Origin: a virus | Taxonomy: Duplodnaviria > Caudoviricetes | Strand: one strand, 5' to 3' | DNA length: 64,000 bases | IMG/VR virus record: IMGVR_UViG_3300033067_002132 | Span: 1 to 64,000 of that record | Part shown: piece after piece, positions 17,257-26,864 of the stretch | Numbering within the stretch: the stretch's first letter is position 1 | Layout of the letters: every line of letters begins with the position of its first letter | Translations under genes and position numbers: made by a program | Notes under the pieces: model-generated | What the model was told of the DNA's origin: nothing | The model's database searches: none | Seen by the model: the letters and a program-made list of their open reading frames with translations, nothing else

Positions 17257-17736
17257 ATGAAAAAAATAATCTCATTACTATTCTGTTTGATTAATATAAA
17301 TTGTTTTAGCGCGGAAATAGAAGACGCAAAACTTTTTGGAGATGTTAAAAAAGAAACAGTTAATTCTATTACCTATTTAACGTCTACGACATCTAATACA
17401 AATAATTATATTATTTATAAACTATTTATTCCCGAAAATGGGAATTATATGTTTTGGTTTAATTTACAATCTACAAATGAAGCAACTTTAAGTTTTTCAG
17501 TTGACAAAGGAAAAAAAGATTTGTATGATATTCCCGCTAGTACAAATTGGATTTGGTGGCCATTAAATGGTCGAAATGGATTAGATTCAACTAATAAATT
17601 TCAAATTAATCCAATTTTTGTATTTTTTAGCGCCGGAAATCACGAATTTAGAATGGATTTTTTAACTCCTAATGTAAAGATTAATAAGTTTTTGTTAACA
17701 GGAAATCTTTGGTATCTTCCATTACAAAAACCATAA
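17257..17736 (+). CDS. Secreted beta-sandwich-like protein
   Basis: Signal peptide; GNY.FW...SVD...AGNHEF pattern. Confidence 0.5.
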   Translation: MKKIISLLFCLININCFSAEIEDAKLFGDVKKETVNSITYLTSTTSNTNNYIIYKLFIPENGNYMFWFNLQSTNEATLSFSVDKGKKDLYDIPASTNWIWWPLNGRNGLDSTNKFQINPIFVFFSAGNHEFRMDFLTPNVKINKFLLTGNLWYLPLQKP

Positions 17737-17739
17737 TAT

Positions 17740-17809
17740 GGCTCTTAATCTAGGATTAGTTTGCTCTCATAAGGCGAATAGACAGGCGCAAAACCTGTAA
17801 GAGCTACCA
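17740..17809 (+). tRNA. tRNA(CAT) (Met or Ile2) with miniature D arm
   Basis: GGCTCTT/AAGAGCT, loop CTCATAA, 70 nt, CCA. Confidence 0.7.
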
Positions 17810-17811
17810 AA

Positions 17812-17887
17812 GGTCGGATAGTGAAATTAGATATCACGAAACCCTGCGAAGGTTTAATTTTGAGCGCGAATCTCAATCCGACCACCA
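17812..17887 (+). tRNA. tRNA-Arg(GCG)
   Basis: AAACC-CTGCGAA-GGTTT, CCA. Confidence 0.85.
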
Positions 17888-18257
17888 ATTTTAAATGAAA
17901 TTAAAAAGATATGATATTAAAAAAATCTTTTCAGATCCTATTAAAAGAAGATTAATAATAGCAAGATCTACTGTAGTGACCCAAGCAAGAGAAGATATAA
18001 TTATTACTTTAGAAGAAGCTTTAGAAAGTTATGATAGAGTAATGAAAGAAAAAAATGAAATTATATAAAGTAATAGGAAAAGATTCTCTAAGTAAAGAAT
18101 ATACATTATATGTAATTGCTGATGATGCAGGTCAAGCAGAAAGTTTTGCAAAACAAACTTGGATAAAATGGGAATATTTGTATAGACCTTATAAAATAGA
18201 ATTAATCGCGGAAACAGAACAATATACTTCTAATCCAAATGTTTCAACTTTAGTTTT

Positions 18258-18333
18258 GCCGGTTAAGCATTAATAGCAGATGCATCTGTTTCGTAAACAG
18301 AAGATATGGGCGCAAATCCCATAACTGGCTCCA
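18258..18333 (+). tRNA. tRNA-Thr(CGT)
   Basis: TCTGT-TTCGTAA-ACAGA, CCA. Confidence 0.9.
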
Positions 18334-18336
18334 AAT

Positions 18337-18411
18337 GGCCCTATCGAATATTAAAGAATTCGCGGTTCTCTCTAAACCGAAAAGGCGGTGAAAATCCGGC
18401 TAGGGCTTCCA
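18337..18411 (+). tRNA. tRNA-Glu(CTC), U37
   Basis: CGGTT-CTCTCTA-AACCG, CCA. Confidence 0.7.
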
Positions 18412-18419
18412 AATTTAAT

Positions 18420-18495
18420 GGGGTATATCCTCTATGTAATAAGAGCGCGGCCTGTGAAGCTGCCAAAACGAGTGTAAGTCTCGTTATACCCCCCA
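18420..18495 (+). tRNA. tRNA-His(GTG)
   Basis: G-1:C73, GCGGC-CTGTGAA-GCTGC, CCA. Confidence 0.9.
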
Positions 18496-18508
18496 ATTTT
18501 TAAGATAT

Positions 18509-18946
18509 ATGAATGACGATTATTTAATAATTAAATGTTTAAATATAGATAAATTATCTAGAAATATTGCTGAGTTCTTTGAAACAGAAATTTTAAATGA
18601 TCTTCATCAAGATAGTAGTTTTGGTTTAAAATTAAAATTTACCGATCTTATTTTAGATTCTTTTGTTAAAAAGAATTTTTATATTAATATTAATGAATTT
18701 ATTAGATACTATGTTCAAAGAACAATTGATGATAAATCCTATGTCTTTGAAGGTTATACAGATAAATTTTTAAATTTTCGTAAACTTTATATAGAATATA
18801 AAAAACTAAATCCAGAAACATATAATACCATTAAAGACTATTATATTAATTATTTTAAAGAGTGCGAAGAAAAAGAATTCAAAAAAGAATTTAAAGATTT
18901 AAAAAGAAAACTTAAAAAATATAATTTCAAAGTTATTCCGAAATGA
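18509..18946 (+). CDS. Hypothetical protein
   Basis: ORF track. Confidence 0.55.
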   Translation: MNDDYLIIKCLNIDKLSRNIAEFFETEILNDLHQDSSFGLKLKFTDLILDSFVKKNFYININEFIRYYVQRTIDDKSYVFEGYTDKFLNFRKLYIEYKKLNPETYNTIKDYYINYFKECEEKEFKKEFKDLKRKLKKYNFKVIPK

Positions 18947-18949
18947 TTT

Positions 18950-19103
18950 GTTAGTTTCGTGTAAACTAACTGGTGGTAGGCACCGTAAATCGGTAGCCCC
19001 AGCTTTGAACGTTGTGCTTTAACAATGTACCTCTCGCCGAAATGGCGATGGGGGAGATCCAATCTAGGGAAGAAATTCTCGGAGATCATGGTTTCCCCCG
19101 CTA
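18950..19103 (+). ncRNA. Unknown multi-hairpin RNA
   Basis: GC-enriched; GTTAGTTT/AAACTAAC, ACCG/CGGT, ACGTTGT/ACAATGT, TCGCC/GGCGA, GGGGGAGA/TTTCCCCC. Confidence 0.5.
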
Positions 19104-19112
19104 ATTTTTTAT

Positions 19113-19200
19113 GGAAGATTGACAGAGTAGTAATGTATCGGTTTGCTAAACCGGAGTCTCGGTAAAACGGGCATAGGTGCGATCCCTATATCTTCCGCCA
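19113..19200 (+). tRNA. tRNA-Ser(GCT)
   Basis: Loop TTGCTAA, long variable arm, G73, CCA. Confidence 0.9.
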
Positions 19201-19205
19201 ATTTT

Positions 19206-20597
19206 ATGAAATTTGTATTAATCTGTTTATTAAATTTAATTTTATCTTTCTATAGTTTATCCGCTACTTATTATGTAGCTATTAATGGAAATGACACTAA
19301 TTCAGGAACACAATTAAAACCTTGGAAAACAATTTCTAATGCTTCTAGTAAAGCAATAGCTGGAGATAATATTTTTGTTAATGCCGGTACATATCAAGAT
19401 AATATTAATTTTACAATTTCAGGAAAATCTAATGAAAGAATTAGTTATTTTACAATTGGAAAAGTAATACAGACCGGACAATTTACTATTATAGCTTCGA
19501 ATATTACTGTTTCGGGATTTGATTTTCCCGGTCCAAGAGATTTATGGACTTCTGTAATTAGAGTACGACCGACTGCAAATCAAACATGGATATTAGATAA
19601 TACTTTTCACGATTTTCAACAAGCGTATCCTATTGGAATGGAAACAGTTTCAGGAATTAGAGATCCAAGCGGTGGACCACAAAAATGTATTATTCGTGGA
19701 AATAAATTTAATCATATAGGATATATTCATTTAAGTATATATGGCGATAGTCATTATATAGCAGAAAATTATTTTGCTAATTCTTTTGGTGAAGGCGATG
19801 TTATACGACCTTGGGGAGCTAATCATATTTTTACATTAAATATAATGACGAATATCGGTGGCGGCGATCCGGGACTATTAACAGGAGGTCATCCTGATTT
19901 GTTACAAGTATTTGGAGATTATGGATTTGCTAGTTATAATTTAAAATGGGAAAAAAATTATGCTATAAATAATAAATGTCAAATTACTCAGTTAGAACAA
20001 AAAGGCGTAGTTGATATAAGAGATTGGGATATTCAAAATAATGTATTTATTAATCAAGATTTAGGTGCTTCAAGTTCTTTCCCAGGTTTAAGATGGAAAA
20101 ATAATCTTTTTTATAAAGTTAGTAAAACAGCCGGACATGTAATTTTTATGTCTGATAATACAAGTGGAAGAGGGTTATCAGAAAGAAACGAAATATACAA
20201 TAATATTTTTTATATGTGCGGTTCTAATCCCACAAATAATACTTATGGATGGTATTCGTGGCCAACAAATTTAGTAGATTTTAAAGCAGACTATAATTTT
20301 GTATGTGGTCCAAATTTTGCACCAAAAAGAACAGATTTAAAAAGAACAACTTGGCGTTTTGTTGAAACTCATGGTATTAATGGCGGCGATCCAGGATTTA
20401 TCAATGATATTTTATTAAATTTTCAATTAAAACCAAATAGTATTTTAATAAATAAAGGTTTAACTATTAATACTTTTAATGATGATTTTTTTGGAATTTC
20501 GCGCCCACAAGGAATATCATGGGATATAGGTCCATATGAATTTGTAAATTCAACAATTATTGATCCTCCTCAAAATTTTAAATTAATTTTTCCGTAA
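19206..20597 (+). CDS. Secreted right-handed beta-helix (pectin lyase-like, DUF1565) protein
   Basis: Signal peptide, YYVAINGND.NSGT..KPWKTI, C-terminal D.FG..RPQG..WDIGPYE; start moved past the tRNA. Confidence 0.8.
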   Translation: MKFVLICLLNLILSFYSLSATYYVAINGNDTNSGTQLKPWKTISNASSKAIAGDNIFVNAGTYQDNINFTISGKSNERISYFTIGKVIQTGQFTIIASNITVSGFDFPGPRDLWTSVIRVRPTANQTWILDNTFHDFQQAYPIGMETVSGIRDPSGGPQKCIIRGNKFNHIGYIHLSIYGDSHYIAENYFANSFGEGDVIRPWGANHIFTLNIMTNIGGGDPGLLTGGHPDLLQVFGDYGFASYNLKWEKNYAINNKCQITQLEQKGVVDIRDWDIQNNVFINQDLGASSSFPGLRWKNNLFYKVSKTAGHVIFMSDNTSGRGLSERNEIYNNIFYMCGSNPTNNTYGWYSWPTNLVDFKADYNFVCGPNFAPKRTDLKRTTWRFVETHGINGGDPGFINDILLNFQLKPNSILINKGLTINTFNDDFFGISRPQGISWDIGPYEFVNSTIIDPPQNFKLIFP

Positions 20598-21298
20598 TGC
20601 ATACTTTTTATACTTTATCGATTAATCCTCTTACTTTTGATATTAATAAATTAAAAGATCCTAATCTAAATGGACCCGAAGTAGTTGCTAAATATGGTTG
20701 GGAAGCGTTTATTTATTGGCATACTTTTATTAGAGGAATGGAAAATGACGGTAATGGAACAGTTAAAATTAATCCTGGAGACATTGTTTTAGATCTTGGC
20801 GCGAACATAGGCATGACCGCCCGATTTTTTGAAGAAAATGGAGCATCAAAAATTTATTGTGTAGAACCTGATCCTTTACTATTTAAAGTATTAAAGAAAA
20901 ATAAATCAGATAAATGGATATTAATTAATAATTCAGTTGGTACTGCTAATGGTGAAATTATATTAAATCATTGGGAACCTTTTGAAGATTTACAATATAA
21001 AAGTTATTGTTTAACGTTAAAACATTTATTTTTTACTTATAATATCGATAAAGTTGATTTTTTAAAAATAGATATAGAAGGCGCGGAAAGAGATTTATTA
21101 TATTCTTGTGATATTCGTGATTTTTCTAAAATCAAAAAAATATACATGGAATGGCATAGAAAACCTTGTGAATCGAATGAATTATATAAAGAAAGTTTAG
21201 ATAAAATATTAGAATTTTTAAACAGGAACGGCTACAATACTTGTCTATCTTTTGAAAATATTATTTCAAGTATAGCAGCAATTAATATAAATATATGA
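20597..21298 (+). CDS. FkbM family methyltransferase
   Basis: VLDLGANIG, VEPD, FLKIDIEGAE. Confidence 0.9.
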   Translation: MHTFYTLSINPLTFDINKLKDPNLNGPEVVAKYGWEAFIYWHTFIRGMENDGNGTVKINPGDIVLDLGANIGMTARFFEENGASKIYCVEPDPLLFKVLKKNKSDKWILINNSVGTANGEIILNHWEPFEDLQYKSYCLTLKHLFFTYNIDKVDFLKIDIEGAERDLLYSCDIRDFSKIKKIYMEWHRKPCESNELYKESLDKILEFLNRNGYNTCLSFENIISSIAAININI

Positions 21299-21500
21299 GT
21301 GTATTACTTTCTCTTTTAGGACTGATTCTTTTATTATTCGGTTTTGTAACTCTAACTATTAGAGTTGTTCAATTTTTATTTTTTAGAGGCGGCGAGTCAT
21401 TTAAAGATGAACTATATAATGGATTTAAAGAAGATTTTGATGAAGAAAAAATTGGTGGACAAGTGGTAAAAAATGAAGTAGATTCTACTCAAGAAATAGT

Positions 21501-22505
21501 ATGAAACACATAATTAATCATATCGCTTTTGTTATTGATGAATCTGGATCAATGGGTCAATTTTCCAAAAATGTTGTAAGTGTTTTTGACGATCAAATTA
21601 AATTTTTATCTGAAAAATCCCAAGAATTAGATCAAGAAACTAGAGTATCTGTCTATTTATTTGGTGGGACCGAAGTTAAATGTATTATTTATGATCGAGA
21701 TGTAATGCGTTTACCATCGTTGAAAAATTTATATAAACCCGCTGGTGGAACGCCATTATTTGATGCATTAGATATTGCTGCGCAAGATTTATTCATGATT
21801 CCTGAAATTCACGCGGATCATGCTTTTCTAGTTTATGTTGTTACTGATGGAGGAGAAAATGCTAGCAGTCGATTAGATTCTTTATTATTTAAAGATTTAG
21901 TAAATAAAATTAATAATAAAGAGAATTATACGTTGGCCGTATTTGTTCCTTCAAAAATCGAATTTGAAATTAATAAACAACTTGGATTTTTAGAGGAAAA
22001 TATTTGTATTTGGGATACTTCTAATCATAAATCATTTAATGATGTAGGTACAACGATTCGTACAAGTACCACACAATTCTTTAAAAATCGAAGCACTGGA
22101 ATTCGTAAAAGTACAAATCTATTTAAAGTAGATGTAAATTTTACTAAAACAGAATTAAAAGAAAATTTGACCGAATTATCTAAGAGTTCATATAAATTAT
22201 TTAATATCAGCCGTGAAGCTACTATTAAACCTTTTGTTGAAAAAGAAACTCAAAAACCATATGTAAAGGGTAATTCTTTTTATCAATTAGTTAAGCCAGA
22301 AGTAATTCAAAATTATAAAGATATTATTATTCTTGACAAAAACAGTGGAAGAGTTTATGGTGGATTAGATGCGCGAAATCTTTTAGGATTACCGAACTTT
22401 GATATTAAAGTTTCGCCTGGAGATTTCGATAAGTATGATATCTTTGTACAATCTACGTCTGTTAATAGAAAATTATTAGCAGGTACAAAACTAGTGGTTC
22501 TATAG
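21501..22505 (+). CDS. vWA domain protein with C-terminal extension
   Basis: VIDESGSM, GGTPLFDA, VTDGGENAS, FVQSTSVNRKL. Confidence 0.85.
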   Translation: MKHIINHIAFVIDESGSMGQFSKNVVSVFDDQIKFLSEKSQELDQETRVSVYLFGGTEVKCIIYDRDVMRLPSLKNLYKPAGGTPLFDALDIAAQDLFMIPEIHADHAFLVYVVTDGGENASSRLDSLLFKDLVNKINNKENYTLAVFVPSKIEFEINKQLGFLEENICIWDTSNHKSFNDVGTTIRTSTTQFFKNRSTGIRKSTNLFKVDVNFTKTELKENLTELSKSSYKLFNISREATIKPFVEKETQKPYVKGNSFYQLVKPEVIQNYKDIIILDKNSGRVYGGLDARNLLGLPNFDIKVSPGDFDKYDIFVQSTSVNRKLLAGTKLVVL

Positions 22506-22571
22506 TGAAATCGTATATCACGCGAATTTCCTAAATTTGAATTTTCGGTTAGATTCCGAATAGAACCGCCA
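22496..22571 (+). tRNA. tRNA-Arg(CCT)
   Basis: Loop TTCCTAA, CCA; overlaps the end of the vWA gene. Confidence 0.85.
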
Positions 22572-23065
22572 ATTTATGAAAGGAAAATCTTTATCTGAGT
22601 TTTTTAAGATTAAACCTGGAGTTTTTACAAAATTCCTCAAGGAAGAGGATAAAGCAATAAGAAAAGCCAATAAAAAGTTAGCTAGACGAATTGCGAGAAA
22701 GACGCAATGAAAGCAAAATATAGAAAAATAATATCAGGGACGAAAAAGAATATTTTAAAATTTCATAGACATTATTTAATTATTGTAATGATTATATGGA
22801 TATCGATAATTTCTTGTATTCTATTAGAAGTTAATAATAATTTAAATAGAGAAGCGGTTGTTCCTGCTTTTAAAAATAAAGAGTTTGTAACTTTTAAATC
22901 AGGTTTATCAGGCTATGTAGAAGGTTTTACTTATGTAAATGGCGAATACGTATATAACGTCATTTACCATACGAATCACAATATTAAAGTAAAAAATATC
23001 GTTATTTCAGAAAGTAAACTTCTTGTTGACAGAGATTAAAAAGGCGGTAAGATAGATAGATATTC

Positions 23066-23142
23066 GGGTTGCGGGTGTTAATAGACAACATGACTAGCTC
23101 TTAACTAGATCGATAGGGGTGCGATTCCCCTGCGACCCACCA
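23066..23142 (+). tRNA. tRNA-Lys(CTT)
   Basis: Loop CTCTTAA, CCA. Confidence 0.9.
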
Positions 23143-23178
23143 AATTTTTTGTGTAATCCTTTTTTGAAAGGAGATTTT

Positions 23179-23217
23179 ATGAAAAAGAAATCAGGGGGAA
23201 AAAAGAAAGGATGTTAA
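23179..23217 (+). CDS. Putative 12-aa basic micropeptide MKKKSGGKKKGC
   Basis: GAAAGGAG Shine-Dalgarno and TGTGTAA motif upstream. Confidence 0.4.
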   Translation: MKKKSGGKKKGC

Positions 23218-23277
23218 TTTTATGGATAAAAAATTAGATAAAATAACAGGTGCCGATAAATTAGGATAATTTAATAT

Positions 23278-23354
23278 GCTCTCGTGGCTCGAAAAGATTA
23301 GGCAACAGCCTTCTAAGCTGATTTACGTGGGTGCAAATCCTACCGGGAGCGCCA
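23278..23354 (+). tRNA. tRNA-Arg(TCT)
   Basis: Loop CTTCTAA, CCA. Confidence 0.9.
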
Positions 23355-23726
23355 ATTTATATGAAATGGTTATATCAAAATATTAAGGTTTCAGGGACAT
23401 AAGTAAATACTTATGTCCTATGAATAAATATCTTAAAAATAAAAAATATAAACAAAAAGCTTTTAACAAAGCAAAAATTCTAATTAAGAAAACCGGATGG
23501 TACAAAGAATCTCATTTTCAAAGATTTTTCTACGGTTTTCAAAAAGGATTTAATAAATTTGATCGTCAATTTTTACATGATAATAAAAGTGGTTTCTCAA
23601 AAATCACTAGATCTCATAAAAAATACAATCAAAAGATTTTAAAGAAATGTTATCTTGATGAATTTCAAGATGAAAAATTTGAATACAAATATAAATATTG
23701 CCAATTATATTATTGGTAATTCTAAT

Positions 23727-23800
23727 AGGGGTTTATTTTAAAAGTAGAATATCTCTCTTACAAAGAGGAGACGTTGGAGCGTTACCAACAACCCCTACCA
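23727..23800 (+). tRNA. tRNA-Val(TAC)
   Basis: Loop CTTACAA, CCA. Confidence 0.85.
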
Positions 23801-23806
23801 TTTTTC

Positions 23807-23880
23807 GCCGGTATAGTTTAAAAGTAAAACATAATCTTGGTAAGATTGAGACAGGGGCGCAATACCCCTTACTGGCTCCA
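23807..23880 (+). tRNA. tRNA-Thr(GGT)
   Basis: TAATC-TTGGTAA-GATTG, CCA. Confidence 0.9.
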
Positions 23881-23884
23881 TAAC

Positions 23885-23958
23885 GGTCTCATAATTTAAT
23901 ATTAGAATGCGCTCCTGATTAGAGCGTTGTGTTCGTGGAATTCGAACTGAGACTACCA
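23885..23958 (+). tRNA. tRNA-Ile(GAT), U37
   Basis: CGCTC-CTGATTA-GAGCG, CCA. Confidence 0.8.
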
Positions 23959-23973
23959 ATTTAAATAAAACAT

Positions 23974-24432
23974 ATGAAAATATCCCTATCACAAGCTCTT
24001 AAGTTAAAAAATCGTATTGCAGGACAATTAGTTAAGGCGCAAGAAATTTTTTCTCGCGAAAATTCTCGCCGATCTGATAATCCTTCTCAAGTAGATCGTA
24101 AAGAAGCTTTAGAAAAGATTTTTAAACTCTCCGATCTATTAGGCGATTTAAAAAGTCGAATCGCTACCGCGAATGTTCCAATTTATTCTGATATTGAAAG
24201 ATTAAACGAGACGAAATCATTAATTACGTATATTATCGGTTTAAATAAAACAGAAGGTCCCGATATAGTAGGTACAGTATATAATCAACCACCTAAAGAA
24301 TATACTTGGGACGCTCATTTAAATCAACAAAGCGCCGATAATTTAATTGAAAAGCTTCAACAAAAAATTAATGCGCATCAAGATAAAATCGATGCTTTTA
24401 ATGCAACGACAATTATTGATTTGCCGGATTGA
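23974..24432 (+). CDS. Coiled-coil protein, DIP1984/DUF6847-like
   Basis: LSQALKLKNR N-terminus; LQ.KI...QDKID.FN.TT.I C-terminus. Confidence 0.55.
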   Translation: MKISLSQALKLKNRIAGQLVKAQEIFSRENSRRSDNPSQVDRKEALEKIFKLSDLLGDLKSRIATANVPIYSDIERLNETKSLITYIIGLNKTEGPDIVGTVYNQPPKEYTWDAHLNQQSADNLIEKLQQKINAHQDKIDAFNATTIIDLPD

Positions 24433-24438
24433 TAATTT

Positions 24439-24628
24439 AGGAGAGTAGAAGATTATTGCGAAAATATTCGATTAAATTTTTCCCTTCAAAGGAAATAACA
24501 TTATTTAAAGATATCGAGAAAGAATTCAAAACTAAAAATTTCTGGTATCAAAAGTTAAGATTTAAAGTTCAAAAGTTAAAAATCTTTTGTTTAATCTTAA
24601 TGTTTTCAAAATGATTTTTTACTCTCTT
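24439..24628 (+). ncRNA. Long-stem RNA with A-rich repeat loop
   Basis: 19-bp stem with G-U pairs (24439-24457/24610-24628) plus two further helices, enclosing T(T/C)AAA repeats. Confidence 0.6.
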
Positions 24629-24817
24629 TTATGAAATTAGGTTGTCGCCGACATAAAAAATTTAATAATACATGTAAATATTGTATAGATAATCAACGAT
24701 TTTCTAATCTTTATATAGCACCAGAATACAAATTATATGCGGCGATTTTTAAAATTTCTTTAAATAAAGCACTTAGAGAAAGTAAATCGAAAAAGTTTTA
24801 ATAGAAGTGTAAAATAC

Positions 24818-25090
24818 ATGGTGAGCAGAAAACATAAAAAAAATAAATTGCCCAAAATCATGTATGAGAAACTTGGGCGCCATAAAGCAATTGGTTTATG
24901 TTATAAAGATCCGGCCCATCCCTGGATATTTTTAGATCCAAGAATTAGAGGAAAACAGCATTTAGAAGTATTAATACATGAATTACTTCATGCGGAATTT
25001 CCCGAGTTATCTGAAACGATGGTAACTAGAAAAGCTTATAGATTAAGAGATATGTTGTGGTCTGAAAAATATAGAAGAATTGATGAATAA
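24818..25090 (+). CDS. Small HExxH (minimal zincin-like) protein
   Basis: LEVLIHELLHA. Confidence 0.6.
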   Translation: MVSRKHKKNKLPKIMYEKLGRHKAIGLCYKDPAHPWIFLDPRIRGKQHLEVLIHELLHAEFPELSETMVTRKAYRLRDMLWSEKYRRIDE

Positions 25091-25091
25091 A

Positions 25092-25166
25092 GGTCATATA
25101 ACTCAATAGTAGAGTAAAGTCTTGATAAGGCTTAAGTTGTAGGTGCAAGTCCTATTATGACCACCA
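25092..25166 (+). tRNA. tRNA-Ile(GAT)
   Basis: AAGTC-TTGATAA-GGCTT, CCA. Confidence 0.9.
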
Positions 25167-25180
25167 TTTTTTAAGTTAAT

Positions 25181-25209
25181 AACCGTCACAATTTTGTGAC
25201 GGTTTTTTT
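25181..25209 (+). terminator. Intrinsic terminator closing the tRNA array
   Basis: AACCGTCACAA/TTGTGACGGTT + T tract. Confidence 0.8.
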
Positions 25210-25259
25210 ATTTTTAAATAAGACAAAATTTATATTAATAGGTGTAAATATAATTACAT

Positions 25260-26339
25260 ATGAAAAAAGTCTTATTTATTTGTAAACAAAGAGGTAACGG
25301 ATATGGAATTAGCTATGGACTGGTTAATTCGTGCAAGTTTTTAGTAAACTTATTTAATCAAAGTGGAATCGAATCAAAAGTCGTTTCTGTAGTTGATAAT
25401 AACTCTATTGATAGAGAAGTTCATAATTATAAACCAACACATGTATTTATTGAAGCTTTATGGGTTGTACCTGATAAATTTCATACTTTATTAACAAAAT
25501 ATAAAGATATTAAATGGTCTGTTCGATTACATAGTCAAATTCCCTTTATCGCACATGAAGGAATAGCTTTCGAATGGCTAAATAGATACAATGAATTAGC
25601 ACAAAGATATACTAATTTTTGTCTTTCGGCAAATAATATTAATATGGTTAATCATTTAAATGCCATTTTTAAAGATAAGCATATTTCTTCTTTTGGAACG
25701 GCAGGTACTAGTGGTAGCGGAAAGGGAAAAAGTTTAGTTCATTATTTACCTAACGTTTATTTTCCTGATGAATATGATATGGGTGAAGGAAAACAATGGA
25801 AACCTGAAAAAACGGTAAATATTGGTTGTTTCGGATCTATCCGCCCACTTAAAAATCATTTATATCAAGCGGTGGCTTCTATCATTTTTGCGAATTCTTT
25901 AGATAAGAAATTAAAGTTTCATATAAACGGAGATAGAGTAGAACAATCAGGAGAATCTATTCTTAAAAATTTAAATTATTTATTTAAAAATTCTCCACAT
26001 GAACTTGTATGTCATCCTTGGTCAAATCATTATGATTTTATTAAAGTAGTCCGCGAAATGGATATTTGCCTACAATTAAGTTTTAGTGAAACATTTAATA
26101 TAGTCGCCGCAGACGCCGTTTGGAATCGTATTCCTGTTGTTGGTAGTAAAGATATTGATTGGCTAGATGAAATTTTTAAATCTGAACCAACGGACGATTT
26201 ATCTGTATTAGCTAAAATGAAAATAGCTTATTTTGGGCGCGAAATTAATTTACAAGATAAAAATAAGAAAAGTTTAATATCTTATAATAAAGTTTCTTAT
26301 GACGTTTGGGCAAAATTCTTAAATTTAGTGTATATCTAA
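25260..26339 (+). CDS. GT-B (family 4-like) glycosyltransferase
   Basis: GCFGSIRPLKNH, SFSETFNIVAADA, IPVVGS. Confidence 0.75.
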   Translation: MKKVLFICKQRGNGYGISYGLVNSCKFLVNLFNQSGIESKVVSVVDNNSIDREVHNYKPTHVFIEALWVVPDKFHTLLTKYKDIKWSVRLHSQIPFIAHEGIAFEWLNRYNELAQRYTNFCLSANNINMVNHLNAIFKDKHISSFGTAGTSGSGKGKSLVHYLPNVYFPDEYDMGEGKQWKPEKTVNIGCFGSIRPLKNHLYQAVASIIFANSLDKKLKFHINGDRVEQSGESILKNLNYLFKNSPHELVCHPWSNHYDFIKVVREMDICLQLSFSETFNIVAADAVWNRIPVVGSKDIDWLDEIFKSEPTDDLSVLAKMKIAYFGREINLQDKNKKSLISYNKVSYDVWAKFLNLVYI

Positions 26340-26344
26340 TAGAT

Positions 26345-26830
26345 ATGAAAAATTTTATTATTGCAAGTTTATTAACGTTATCTTTAATTTTATCTCAAGG
26401 TTGCGCTACCCGCCCTCCTGTATCTTCAGATCCAGCCGAAGTAGCTTTAGCTAAACAAGAAAAAATAGAGCGTACAAGTCTTTTATTACAAAATGTAACT
26501 TATTCTGCTTTATTAATTGTTGTTGAAAAAAACCCAAATGAGAGAACAAATATAGTAAATTATACTCGCACAGGAATCGTTGCTGTTAGATTATTAATTG
26601 ATAATGGTAATGTAACTCCTACAGATTTACAAAACGCATTACAAGCAATTCCTGTAAAAGAATTTAAAACAATTGAAGCAAAATTAATTGTACCAACCGT
26701 TGTTTCTGCTTATCAAATTTGGTATGGAGATTTAGTAACGGGATGGTCTAGTTCTGATAAAATGTTGACAGCGAAAACTTTATTAAAAGGTATATTAACA
26801 GGCGCAGAAAACGCTATTAAAAATCTATAA
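26345..26830 (+). CDS. Lipoprotein
   Basis: MKNFII...SQGC lipobox; start reassigned. Confidence 0.65.
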   Translation: MKNFIIASLLTLSLILSQGCATRPPVSSDPAEVALAKQEKIERTSLLLQNVTYSALLIVVEKNPNERTNIVNYTRTGIVAVRLLIDNGNVTPTDLQNALQAIPVKEFKTIEAKLIVPTVVSAYQIWYGDLVTGWSSSDKMLTAKTLLKGILTGAENAIKNL

Positions 26831-26864
26831 TTTGAAAAAACAGATCTAGAAAAGTAACATAGTT

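Noticed and set aside
18337-18411. Amber suppressor tRNA (CTA in the loop) or genome recoding
   Set aside because: The CGGTT/AACCG stem centres CTC, not CTA. Long genes are intact in the standard code and TAG ends genes normally.
19143-19205. N-terminal extensions of ORFs 5919, 8167, 8761, 11018 and 19143
   Set aside because: They run through tRNA genes; downstream ATGs are more plausible starts.
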